Source of the DNA: Naegleria gruberi
Taxonomy: Eukaryota
DNA length: 64,000 bases
Assembly (NCBI GenBank): GCA_000004985.1
Contig: GG738858.1
Strand: one strand, 5' to 3'
In this document: positions 32,687 through 43,205 of the stretch, in pieces
How positions within the stretch are numbered: position 1 is the first letter of the stretch
How the letters are laid out: each line of letters opens with the position of its first letter
The notes under the pieces: generated by a model
What the model was told of the DNA's origin: nothing
The model's input: the letters and a program-made list of their open reading frames with translations, nothing else
Database searches by the model: none
Made by a program: the position numbers and the translations under genes

Positions 32687-34598
32687 TTACTTTTGGTTGA
32701 GAATAAAGGTCCTAAAAGGATGAATTTGAGAATCTGTAGTATTGGAAGAAGGAAAATCCACACTCTGTTGTTCAAACCTATCAGGATTGAATTGATTTGA
32801 TTGTTTTCCCCAAACTCTAATATCTGAATTCAATAAATTAAAAAGAATGAGAAGTTTTGAACTCTTTGGAATATTGTAATGACTTCTACTAGTATTTGGA
32901 AGAGGTTTTCCACTTCCAACTCTACAACTTTCCAAAGCTTCACCTGCATATGTAAATACTGGTGCTGCCAACCTGAATGTTTCTTGCACAACTCTGTTGC
33001 AATATTTAAATTTGTATTTAAAAGTTCTGAATAGGACAGTCTTGTCCTCTCTTTGAGAGAAATTCTCGTCAACTTCTTGTTGGACTAATTGTTGATACTC
33101 AGGATTTAGAGATAAGTAATGAAGAGCTCGTGTCACATATAATAAAACATGTTCTTGTCCGTCACAAAATGCTCTACTATTAGCTGGCAGTTGTAATTTA
33201 CAAATGGATGGGATTGGAAGAGGTAGATTAATAGTTGATTCTTTCTTGTTTTTAGATGATCTCTTGAACATGGGTAATAGTGTTCTCTTAGGTTGAAGTA
33301 GTGAAATACTCCTACTAAGGCAGGATTTCAATAATTTCATTAAAATATTCTTTTGTTGATTGGATGATTCAAAACTAGTCAAATTCGATGTGGGACTGAT
33401 TTTTGTGGAATTATCTGGGGACTCTGGCTTGCATACTGCCTCTGTAATATTAGAAAGCAATGAAGAGAGGTAATCATCAATATTAACGGACACAAATTTT
33501 TGTGAATGTCTTTGTTCTTCGAGAACAAGACTCTCCATGCTCGATGTTACCTCTTCATTGAATAACTCCATCCAGGATGTAGTAAGTTGAGTTAAATTTT
33601 CATTCAAAATTTTCTCAAAGTTGTTTGGATCCAAAGTATTTAAAATATCTTCTTCATCCAATGATTCTAATCCATTATGAAATTTGGTAGAGATTAGATT
33701 CATATTAGTGACATGCCTATCCCTACAGTCACTAAAATTATGTTTGAGTTTTGGATTATTAACAATCTCAAAATATGTATTGGAATCACTATTGCGCTTG
33801 TTAATAAAATTGTGCTGAAATATTAACATACCTAGTTATTAAATAATTATCAAGAAATAAACTAAGTCTCCACATACTACAACCAAACATTTGAGATTTC
33901 AATATTTGATATTTTGGAAAGAGGAACACATTGTCCAATTTTTGTTGATAGTCCCAAGCAAATTTACAATTCTTGCAGGGATAATATCCCACACAATCAT
34001 TCAGCAATTTTGTCATCCAAATCTTGCACCAATAACAAGAGCAAGATTGATAACTTGGATCTTCCATTGAAAGGAATGTAGCCATATTATTTTGTCTTCT
34101 TTTGTACTTATTTTGCAAGCTGTTAAGAAAAGAAGTAGAACTCATAGCTCGTGTTAAACTTGGCTTATTGGCATCATTATTGTAGATAACAACACCTTCA
34201 TCAGGATTAAATTGATAACTATGTTTTTGATATTTAAAAAGAGGTGAATCATCTTCTTCGTTACTACTTGTACTACTACTATCAGATGATGAGGTCGGAG
34301 ATGATGGATGGTAATTATTTGGTTGAACATTTGCAGGATCATAATTTTGGGAAGGAATATTATTGGGAGTTGGAGGTATTTGATTATTACTAGCATCTTC
34401 GTTATGATACAAATCAATATTGGAAATATTTGAAAAATAGGGCCTGTTGAAAAATCGTAAGGTAAAATAGTGGAAATGTGAATAGCCTGGCAGATGCGTA
34501 GCTTTACTAATAGTTCTCACATGTTTTCCATAAATATAAACAATTATAAGAGCCAATATGTTCAATAGAACAAAACAGGCTGCAACAAAAACCAACAT
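32687..34598 (-). CDS. Cytochrome P450-like protein with an N-terminal membrane anchor. Exons 34598..33878 and 33831..32687; 46-nt intron 33832..33877 (phase 1). The heme-binding Cys loop was not identifiable.
   Basis: N-terminal anchor MLVFVAACFVLLNILALIIVYIYG. J/K-helix region LSLNPEYQQLVQQEVD. ExxR motif VVQETFRL. PERF motif FNPDRF. After IHPF the expected FGxGxRxCxG is replaced by RTFILNQK and then a stop. The splice (GTATGT..AACTAG) joins ...SQMFGC|S|MLIFQHNF. Confidence 0.55.
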
Positions 34599-35472
34599 TT
34601 CGGTTTTGGTACAATCTATTACTATATAATATTATTGTTTTTGGTCTTGAAAATATTCATTCAAAAACTATCTACTCTAAAATCAGAGAAGTGTGATGAT
34701 GAAATGTACACGAGAGAAGAAAGATGAAAATCCCAAGAGAGAATATTCTTCAAATTTTTTCTTCTTTCCGGAATGTTGAAAGGTGCGCGAAATGTTTTGC
34801 CCAAAAGCTTGCAAGAAAAAGTCCATGATTGAATTCGAGTGCAAGCAGCTCAACACACCGTAATTGCTGTTTATTGTCATCTTTGCAAAATGATAGAGTT
34901 TATGTAACATTGTAGGATTGTTAAAGAAGGTGATGGTCATAGATGTTGGTGTTGGGTAAATGTGTTGAAAAATCCAACCATTGTGAATTTCACAATTCCT
35001 AATGTCAAAAAGTTAACAACGGAAAGTGGTGACCGTTTGCAACCTTAATCATCACTCATGTGTCATACTTGAAGAGTTTTAAATTACTGCTCACAAGGAA
35101 ATTGTAAAGCTAACTTGAAATTAAGGGAAAAAAACTGTAGTTCTTATCTTTGCTCTAATTTCATCACCAAATATTGAATAAACGAATATGGATCTGACTC
35201 CTTTCGTAACATCCCATTTGCATAAAAAAAACCATTAAACCAATAAATCTGCTGATTGATCTATTCGGTCGGAAACTGAATTCATTGCTAATATATCTTC
35301 ATAGAAACCATCAGTTATTACGCCTCATTCAACAGTTGATTATGTAGGTTGAGTATGGTGGGTAAAATAATATGAGTTCATATCGAGGCAAATTGAAGTG
35401 TCTTTTTGCTTGGATTCGGAGAATCACAGAACAAAACCATCACCGAATTGAAACAAAGCTTACAAAAAAAAA

Positions 35473-37389
35473 ATGAGAGCATCATCACACTTGCTTAAAC
35501 AACACTGCTCCTCCAAACGAGCATCAGGTAAAAAACTGTTGAGTAATACTGTTGCTTCTGTACTTGGTACAACAGCAAATGGCAGAGCCTTGTCAAGTAC
35601 CATTGTATCATCATCAATCAAGAATAATTTATTTGCCAACAAGAATAATTTATATAACAAACCAAATCATTCCAAGAGAAGCTTTTCGACAAGTTTATTG
35701 TCCAGAAATGAAGAATCTATGGAAGAAGAACCAATCGAAAGAGAAGTTATGGAATATGACGTTGTAATTGTTGGTGCAGGTCCATCTGGTTTATCTTGTG
35801 CAATTAAATTAAAACAATTGGCACAAGAATCGGGAAGTGATATTAGTGTATGTGTTTTGGAAAAGGGACAAGAAGTTGGATCTCATCTCTTATCAGGTGC
35901 ATGTATGGAAACACATTCACTTGAAGAATTATTCCCAAATTTCAGAGAACTTGATGTACCTTTCTATACACCTGCCACAAAGGATAGAATGTTGTTTTTG
36001 ACAGAGAAGAGAGCATTACCTTTACCAACAATTTCCGAAATGAATAATCATGGTAATTACATTGTTAGTTTGGGTCAAATTGCCAAATGGTTATCTGAAC
36101 AAGCAGAAGCTTTAGGAGTTGATATTTTACCAGGTTTTTCTGCTGATCAAGTCGTTTATGCTGATGAAAATAATGATAGAGTCATTGGTGTCATCACAAA
36201 GGATGTTGGTATCGGAAAGGATGGAAAGAGAAAGGACAATTTTGAACCAGGTATTATGCTTCAAGCAAGACAAACAATTTTCTCTGAAGGATGTAGAGGA
36301 TCACTCACTAAAACTCTTTATGCCAATCAGAAATTTAAATTGAGAGAAAATTGCACACCACAAACTTTTGCTCTCGGAGTTAAAGAATTATGGGAATTTC
36401 CAGAAGATCACCCAACATTTGACAAGGGACTTATTACACACAGTGTTGGTTATCCATTAGATGCTCACACTTATGGTGGTTCATTCATGTATCATTTCAA
36501 TGCTGATGGTGCCAATAGAGTTGCTCTTGGTTTAGTTACTGCATTAGATTATGAAAATCCAACTCTCAGTCCATATAATGAATTCCAAAAACTTAAACAT
36601 CATCCAGAATTTAAGAAAGTTCTCGAAGGTGGTAAATGCATTTCATATGGAGCTAGAACTCTCGTTGAAGGTGGTATTCAAGCTCTTCCAAAACTTTCAT
36701 TCCCAGGTGGTGTTTTAATTGGTGATACTGCTGGTTTCTTGAACGTTCCAAAGATCAAGGGTATTCACACAGCCATGAAATCTGGTATTTTGGGAGCTGA
36801 AAGTGTTTTTGAAGCTCTTACAAAGGATCAAGTTGAAGCAAGTACATTCCAAGAAAGATTCAAGAGTTCTTGGTTATACAACGAACTCTACAAGGAAAGA
36901 AATATTAGATCCTATTTCAAATATGGTCTCTATCCTGGTCTTTTATTGGCTGGTGTTGATTCAATTGTTTTTCGTGGAAAGACACCATGGACTGTCAAGA
37001 TGGAAACTTTAGATAATGAACATACCAAACCAATTTCTGAAGTGAAAAAGATTGAATATCCAAAACCAGATGGTGTTATCAGTTTCGATTTGTTGACTAA
37101 TCTCCAACGTTCTGGAACCAACCATAATCACGATCAACCAGCTCACTTAAAGTTGAAGGATGATTCCATACCTGTAAATGTTAACCTCAAAGTTTATGGT
37201 GGTCCTGAACAATACTTCTGTCCTGCCCGTGTGTATGAATTTATTCCAGATGAACAAGGAAATCAAAAGCTCAAGATTAATGCCCAAAATTGTCTCCACT
37301 GTAAGGCATGTGACATTAAGGATCCAAAGCAAAATATTAACTGGACTGTCCCTGAAGGTACTGGAGGTCCATCCTATCTTATTATGTAA
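35473..37389 (+). CDS. ETFDH: Electron-transfer flavoprotein:ubiquinone oxidoreductase (ETF-QO), mitochondrial, 638 aa, single exon.
   Basis: N-terminal presequence. FAD-binding DVVIVGAGPSGLSCAIKL. C-terminal 4Fe-4S region CPARVYEF...NCLHCKACDIKDP. Overall ETF-QO collinearity. Confidence 0.9.
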   Translation: MRASSHLLKQHCSSKRASGKKLLSNTVASVLGTTANGRALSSTIVSSSIKNNLFANKNNLYNKPNHSKRSFSTSLLSRNEESMEEEPIEREVMEYDVVIVGAGPSGLSCAIKLKQLAQESGSDISVCVLEKGQEVGSHLLSGACMETHSLEELFPNFRELDVPFYTPATKDRMLFLTEKRALPLPTISEMNNHGNYIVSLGQIAKWLSEQAEALGVDILPGFSADQVVYADENNDRVIGVITKDVGIGKDGKRKDNFEPGIMLQARQTIFSEGCRGSLTKTLYANQKFKLRENCTPQTFALGVKELWEFPEDHPTFDKGLITHSVGYPLDAHTYGGSFMYHFNADGANRVALGLVTALDYENPTLSPYNEFQKLKHHPEFKKVLEGGKCISYGARTLVEGGIQALPKLSFPGGVLIGDTAGFLNVPKIKGIHTAMKSGILGAESVFEALTKDQVEASTFQERFKSSWLYNELYKERNIRSYFKYGLYPGLLLAGVDSIVFRGKTPWTVKMETLDNEHTKPISEVKKIEYPKPDGVISFDLLTNLQRSGTNHNHDQPAHLKLKDDSIPVNVNLKVYGGPEQYFCPARVYEFIPDEQGNQKLKINAQNCLHCKACDIKDPKQNINWTVPEGTGGPSYLIM

Positions 37390-37408
37390 ATTTTTGTTAA
37401 TTAAATAT

Positions 37409-38032
37409 TTATTTATGGTGTTTTTGTAAAGAAGATGATTTTAATTTTGCAAATGCTTTCAAAACATTTCGTTCCTTTTGATTATTGTTGATACAAGGAG
37501 AGGATGTGTTCAATTGTTCAAGTTGCTTAGAATGAAACACCAATTGTATCTTCTCCATCATTTGAATGCAAGCAGATGACTCGACAATTTGCCCTAATTT
37601 ACAATGACAATTCATCTTTAATTGATAAAGTGAATTCAACTCGATCAAATCAACTTGTGGGATGTTATTAATTGGCTCAGAGTTGCTACAAAATAATTGA
37701 ATTAATTTTTGATATCCTATTAATGCATTCGAATACTCCTCTAATTCTAAACATTTATCTGAATAGTTTCTTACAATTAAAATCAATTCATTCCTATTGT
37801 GTTTATGTTCCTCCTTCTCCATCACATCAATTAATATTCTCATTATCAACAAGGCTTTATGAATCATTCCAACACTATTGTAAAGCCTAACCTGATATTT
37901 GAGCGCTTCCTTCTTATCATAAACATGATTCGATTTTTGAGCAATCCTTTCAATACTATTCTCATCTAAGGCTAATTCCTCAATACTTAAATACTGTCCA
38001 TCGAATAAGCTTTCCATTAATTGTTGTTCCAT
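37409..38032 (-). CDS. Hypothetical 207-aa protein (helical, TPR-like?). It shares a roughly 100-bp divergent promoter with the proteasome gene.
   Basis: ATG ORF. No family recognised. Confidence 0.4.
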   Translation of the reverse strand: MEQQLMESLFDGQYLSIEELALDENSIERIAQKSNHVYDKKEALKYQVRLYNSVGMIHKALLIMRILIDVMEKEEHKHNRNELILIVRNYSDKCLELEEYSNALIGYQKLIQLFCSNSEPINNIPQVDLIELNSLYQLKMNCHCKLGQIVESSACIQMMEKIQLVFHSKQLEQLNTSSPCINNNQKERNVLKAFAKLKSSSLQKHHK

Positions 38033-38132
38033 TATTTTTTGTTGTATTCAAGGGTAAGCTCTCCATCAAAATATAAGCTTGCGTAATTGTGATCTATTTT
38101 TGTCTTTTAATTGAAAAACAATAGATAAAAAA

Positions 38133-38830
38133 ATGAGTATTCTCGAATATAATGGAGCCGGTATTGTCGCCATGACTGGCAAGAATTGTGTGGCCATCGC
38201 TGCCGATACAAGATATGGTATTCGTCAACAAACTGTAGGAACTGATATGCAAAAGATTTTCAAGATTCACGATAAATTGTTTATTGGATTGAACGGATTG
38301 GCTACTGATGTTCAAACTGTTAATGAAAAACTGAAATTTAGAATGAACATGTACAATCTTAAGGAAGAAAGAGACATCAAACCAAGTAGTTTTGCCAATC
38401 TCATGTCTAATATTCTCTATGAAAAGAGGTATGTAATTTTCCCGATCAAAATATTCTTACAATCTCATCGTCATCATATTGATAACAATAATACTATTAA
38501 TACAATAGATTTGGACCTTGGTTTATTGAACCAGTTATTGCAGGACTTGAAGGACCAGAAAATAAGCCATTTATTTGCGCTCAAGATTTGATCGGAGCTC
38601 CTTGTTTTACTGATAACTTTGTTGTTTCTGGTACTTGTAGTGAAGCTTTATACGGAATGTGTGAATCTTTGTATAAACCAGATATGGAACCAGAAGATCT
38701 CTTTGAAGTTATTTCACAATGTCTTTTGGCTGCTGTTGATAGAGATTGTATTTCTGGTTGGGGTGCTGTTGTTCATGTAATCACTCCAGATAGTATCACA
38801 ACCAAGAGACTGAAGGTCAGACAAGATTAA
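38133..38830 (+). CDS. PSMB3: Proteasome subunit beta type-3 (PSMB3/Pup3). Exons 38133..38428 and 38509..38830; 80-nt intron (GTATGT..AATAG, phase 2).
   Basis: Near-collinear with PSMB3: [30 protein letters not shown]...GLATDVQTV...LYEKR|[13 protein letters not shown]...[48 protein letters not shown]...[15 protein letters not shown]. Confidence 0.9.
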
Positions 38831-38987
38831 TTGCCTTTCATTCATTGTACACTTAACATGTCATTGTAAATTTAATACCTCATAAAACTATTTAACTTTC
38901 TAATAATGTTGTAACTTGATAGTAGTTCCATGTGTTCGTGGTTATTGCATTATCCAGCATAAGACAGTCTAATCCAATTTTTAAAAA

Positions 38988-41037
38988 ATGCTCAAACCAA
39001 CATCCCTATCGTTGGTATTAATGGTTATTTTGGCCATCCTTTCGGTTTTTGTTGGAGCAGACGAAGTTACACATAAAGTATGTTCTCCTGATTATAGTAA
39101 ATTTATACTGAATAACAAAAATAATAATTTAAAACTTTGTAATGATTAACTGTCGTTAGTATGAAGTTGGAGATAATGTTGTTTTGTGGGCAAATCACGT
39201 AGGACCACATTACAATCCTTTGGAAACATATCCTTATTATGAATCACATGTTCCTGTCTGTAAACCAAATGATCCTACACATGGAGATTTTAAATTGGAA
39301 TATAAATCACTTTCTCTCGGAGAAGCTTTACAAGGACAAGATCTTGTTAAAGTTTACGGAATTGAAACAATTTTCAGAAGTATGTTTTAATTAATATTGT
39401 ATTGTGTTCGAACAAGTGTTTAGAGAATACACCAATCACTCGTTTATGTAAATTGCCAATCACTAAGAAGGAAATTGATCAATATATTTATGCAATTGAT
39501 AATCAATATTGGTATCAATATTACTTGGATGGTATGTAATTTTTAATCATCATAATATTAAATAATAATAATTCAAGATCTTCCAATGTGGGCCATGATT
39601 GGAGGTTACGCCTTGTCAAAGAAGGGAGATACTGTAGAAAAAGTACCTTTTGTTTATACACATCAAATCTTTAATTTGGAATGGAATGAGGATCGTATTG
39701 TTAGTGTAAATTTAACTTCTAGTAGAAGAAAGCCTCTTTTGGATAACACACAAGAAATTACTTTCACTTACGAAGTTAATTGGAATAATAATCCTAATAT
39801 TAATTTTGAGAAACGTTTTGATCTCTACCTTGAACTCAACTTTTTCCAACACAAGATTCACTGGTTCTCAATCATTAATAGTTTCATGATGGTTTTATTC
39901 TTGAGTGCTGTAGTTTTTATGATTTTAATCAGAACTCTCTACAAAGATCTAGCTGCTCTTGAAAAACATGCCAAATCTAAAACTGGTGGAGATATGGAAA
40001 TTGGAACAGAAAATGATAGTGAGTTTGATATTATTGGAAGTGGAGACTCTTCTGATAGTGGTCCTTGGAAAATGTTACATGGTGATGTATTCCGTAAGCC
40101 AGCAAACCTTACATTATTCTGTGCAATTCTTGGTACTGGTCTTCAATTATTATTCTTGGCATTTTATTTGATTCTTCTCTCTATTATCAATACTTGGTAT
40201 GATACTCGTGGAGCTTTGTTGAGAGCTTTCATTTTCACATACTGTATTACAAGCTTTGTTGGTGGTTATTTCAGTGGACATTTCTACCTCAAATGGAAGG
40301 GAACTGGAGATAGATGGATTAGAACAGCTCTCTGGACAGCTTGTATTTTCCCATTCACTGTATTTATTACATCCATATTATTGAATTTCTTGGCTATTTC
40401 ATATAATGCTTTGATTGCCATGCCATTCACTACCATGCTTACTGTTTTTGTTATGTGGTTGTTCATTACTCTTCCACTAACATTTATTGGTACAATCTTT
40501 GGCAGAAACTTCCCTTCAAAGAATGTTGGTAAATCAAGTCAATTCCCATGCCAAGTCAATCAATTCCCAAGACCAATTCCAACTAAGCCATGGTATTTCA
40601 GAACATTTAGCATGTTTATTTTTGCTGGTATTTTACCATTCGGAAGTATCTTTATTGAACTCTATTTCGTATTTACTTCATTCTGGAATTACAAGTTTTA
40701 CTATGTTTATGGATTCCTTTTATTGGTATTTGCAATTCTAGTTGTAGTTATTGGTTGTGTTTCAGTTGTTACAACATTCTTCCTTTTGAATAGTGAAGAT
40801 TGGAGATGGGTGTGGCACTCAATGATTGTTGGTTTCAGTACTTCATTCTACATTTTCCTCTACTCAATTTACTTCTTTAATACCAAGACAAGAATGAGAG
40901 GCTTCTTCCAGATAGTTTTCTACTATGGTATTACGTTCATGTTTTGTGTGGGTATGGCATTCCTGTGTGGTGCTATTGCCTTCTCTGCCACCTATGTCTT
41001 TGTTAAACGAATTTACAAGGACATTAAAGTTGATTAA
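38988..41037 (+). CDS. TM9SF: Transmembrane 9 superfamily (nonaspanin/TM9SF) protein. Exons 38988..39077, 39160..39379, 39424..39531, 39578..41037.
   Basis: Signal peptide exon MLKPTSLSLVLMVILAILSVFVGADEVTHK. YEVGDNVVLWANHVGPHYNPLETYPYY...VPVCKP. AIDNQYWYQYYLDDLPMWAMIGG. Nine C-terminal TM helices ending IYKDIKVD. All donors are GTATGT. Confidence 0.85.
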
Positions 41038-41234
41038 TCAATTTTTTCACACACAAAAGTACTCTAGAGTGACTAAATTAAATATTTAAATAGATTGAAA
41101 CTCTTCAACCCTCACAGCTCTCAGTTATTAAATAATACTTAAACAATAAATTACAAAATAAATTAAAACTTTTTATTGAACAAAAATTGTGTGTGGTGAG
41201 AAAGATATGTTTGGAGGTGTTCGGTTTAGAAAAC

Positions 41235-41348
41235 TTAAACCTTGTTGTTTCTCTTTCTTCTCAAGAAGCCTAAGCCAACAAAAATGGCGAAAATAACCAA
41301 CAACACAAAAACAACAATAGCAATAATATCACCGGCTGCGATACCCAT
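41235..41348 (-). CDS. Possible 37-aa single-pass micro-protein (MGIAAGDIIAIVVFVLLVIFAIFVGLGFLRRKRNNKV), with a GTATGT..AAATAG intron candidate immediately upstream.
   Basis: Short ATG ORF with a hydrophobic core and an RRKR stop-transfer. It is below the ORF-track threshold. Speculative. Confidence 0.2.
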   Translation of the reverse strand: MGIAAGDIIAIVVFVLLVIFAIFVGLGFLRRKRNNKV

Positions 41349-41876
41349 CTATTTGATGAAAACAATCAATAATGATCAATCCAATAACAACCGATCACCA
41401 TCAAATCATATTAAATTCAAATTGTTTTGCCTCTAAACACATACCTTTTCAAATATTTGATATTTTTTTAAATTAATATTTGTTACTTTGTGATTCTGAG
41501 CAGGCAAAAATCTTCTTGCTGGCAAACTCCGGAGAATGTTTTATTGGAAGAAGGCTAGAGAGTTTCATAAACGAAGGAATTGAAAAGGGTTCTTTCTTGC
41601 ATTGATTCTCCAATTAGATTCCATAATATTTCATCAAGGCTAGTAAATACTAAGTAATTAGAGATTATTGAACGTTGATTTAATATCAAGATTTAATACG
41701 TGGAAATGTAAATTGGTGCCAATATGATAATTTTTAAACCATGCACATACACATTTAAAAACCATGATTAAACAACTGTTAATTAAGTACTGTAGTAGCA
41801 CACTTCAACATCATGTTACTTCATACTAAATTGATTATTAAATTATTTAATAATTATTTGATGAAATTCAAAAAAA

Positions 41877-43205
41877 ATGTTTGCAACTTCAAGTGGTCGT
41901 TTTGGTTTAAATTTTGATGATGATAGTGATGATGAATTAATGCTTGTAGATGATGAAAAGGCTGTGGAAAAAATTCAAGACAATGATGATGAATTAATGC
42001 AAGAATCGGAGGAGGATTATAAAAAGTTTCTTAAGGAGAGTGATACATCACTGACAAGCAATTATTCAAATTTACCAAAATCATTTAAACAATCGATAAT
42101 GCACGATTATATTGGACATACTATTCAAAATATTGGTGTATTGTTTTATAATAATTTGGTTCCACAAGTGAGTACATCATTCTCCAAGACATCAAGTGCA
42201 AGCTTTTCGGAATTAATATTGGCTATTTCCAATAGAAACACTGTTCGATTCTATACCTTGTTGAATGATAGCAAACAAATGAAAATTATTGAATTTTCTT
42301 CAGAAGATAATTCCATCACTTTGGAGGAAAATATCAAATTTATCAAGGTTATTGATGATCTTTTAATTGTTTGTGACGAAAGAGGTACAATTTATGTTTA
42401 TAGACACAATGTTAGTCAGATTCCACAACCAGATCAAACAAAATTATTGCCAACACATGAACTTAAAATTACTTGCTCATATAGACCTTTCGAAATTTGT
42501 CCAAATGATTCCAATAACTTTTTATCTTTTGATGTCGAAGCACTTTTTGAGGGAGATATTTTGAAAATCACTGTTGCTTTAGGTACTAGTAATGGAGCTA
42601 TTTATTATTCAACATTCTCAAACACAACCAGAAAGCCTTCTCAATTTGAAGTTCTCAGACAAATCAAATATCAACACAAATCTATGCTTCCAATTCTTGG
42701 TCTTACATTCCCAATCAGAAAGTTGGTTGCTGTTGATATTCCAATTATGTTATATTATAGAACTATGAATTGTGTATTCTCTGTTGATGTAAACGATAAC
42801 AGCATTACACAAGCTAAGTACGAGCCAACTTTGGTAATGAAAACAAAGGACAGAATAACATGTCTATTTGTTCATCCTCTCCAACCAAATAATATTATTG
42901 TTGGTTTGGCAAAAGGTACACTTATTGGAAGAGACCAAATCAGTGTGTGGGATAGATCAGTTTCAAACAATGCAATTAAGGCTATCACATTTGGAAATCA
43001 ATCTAAGAGTATTCTTGTTGGAGATGAACAAGGATTTATTTACAGTGTCGACATGACAAATATTAACCAAAAATCAAGTCAATCATCTGAAAAGAGCATA
43101 GAGAATCTTGATGGAAATGACGTTCTACATATTGAATATCTTTCATCTGAAGATAAGATTTTAGCTGTTAATTCAAATGGAAGAATTAACTTGGTTTTGA
43201 ATTAA
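41877..43205 (+). CDS. Hypothetical 442-aa protein with an acidic N-terminus (possible beta-propeller).
   Basis: aaaaATG context and an uninterrupted ORF. No family recognised. Confidence 0.45.
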   Translation: MFATSSGRFGLNFDDDSDDELMLVDDEKAVEKIQDNDDELMQESEEDYKKFLKESDTSLTSNYSNLPKSFKQSIMHDYIGHTIQNIGVLFYNNLVPQVSTSFSKTSSASFSELILAISNRNTVRFYTLLNDSKQMKIIEFSSEDNSITLEENIKFIKVIDDLLIVCDERGTIYVYRHNVSQIPQPDQTKLLPTHELKITCSYRPFEICPNDSNNFLSFDVEALFEGDILKITVALGTSNGAIYYSTFSNTTRKPSQFEVLRQIKYQHKSMLPILGLTFPIRKLVAVDIPIMLYYRTMNCVFSVDVNDNSITQAKYEPTLVMKTKDRITCLFVHPLQPNNIIVGLAKGTLIGRDQISVWDRSVSNNAIKAITFGNQSKSILVGDEQGFIYSVDMTNINQKSSQSSEKSIENLDGNDVLHIEYLSSEDKILAVNSNGRINLVLN

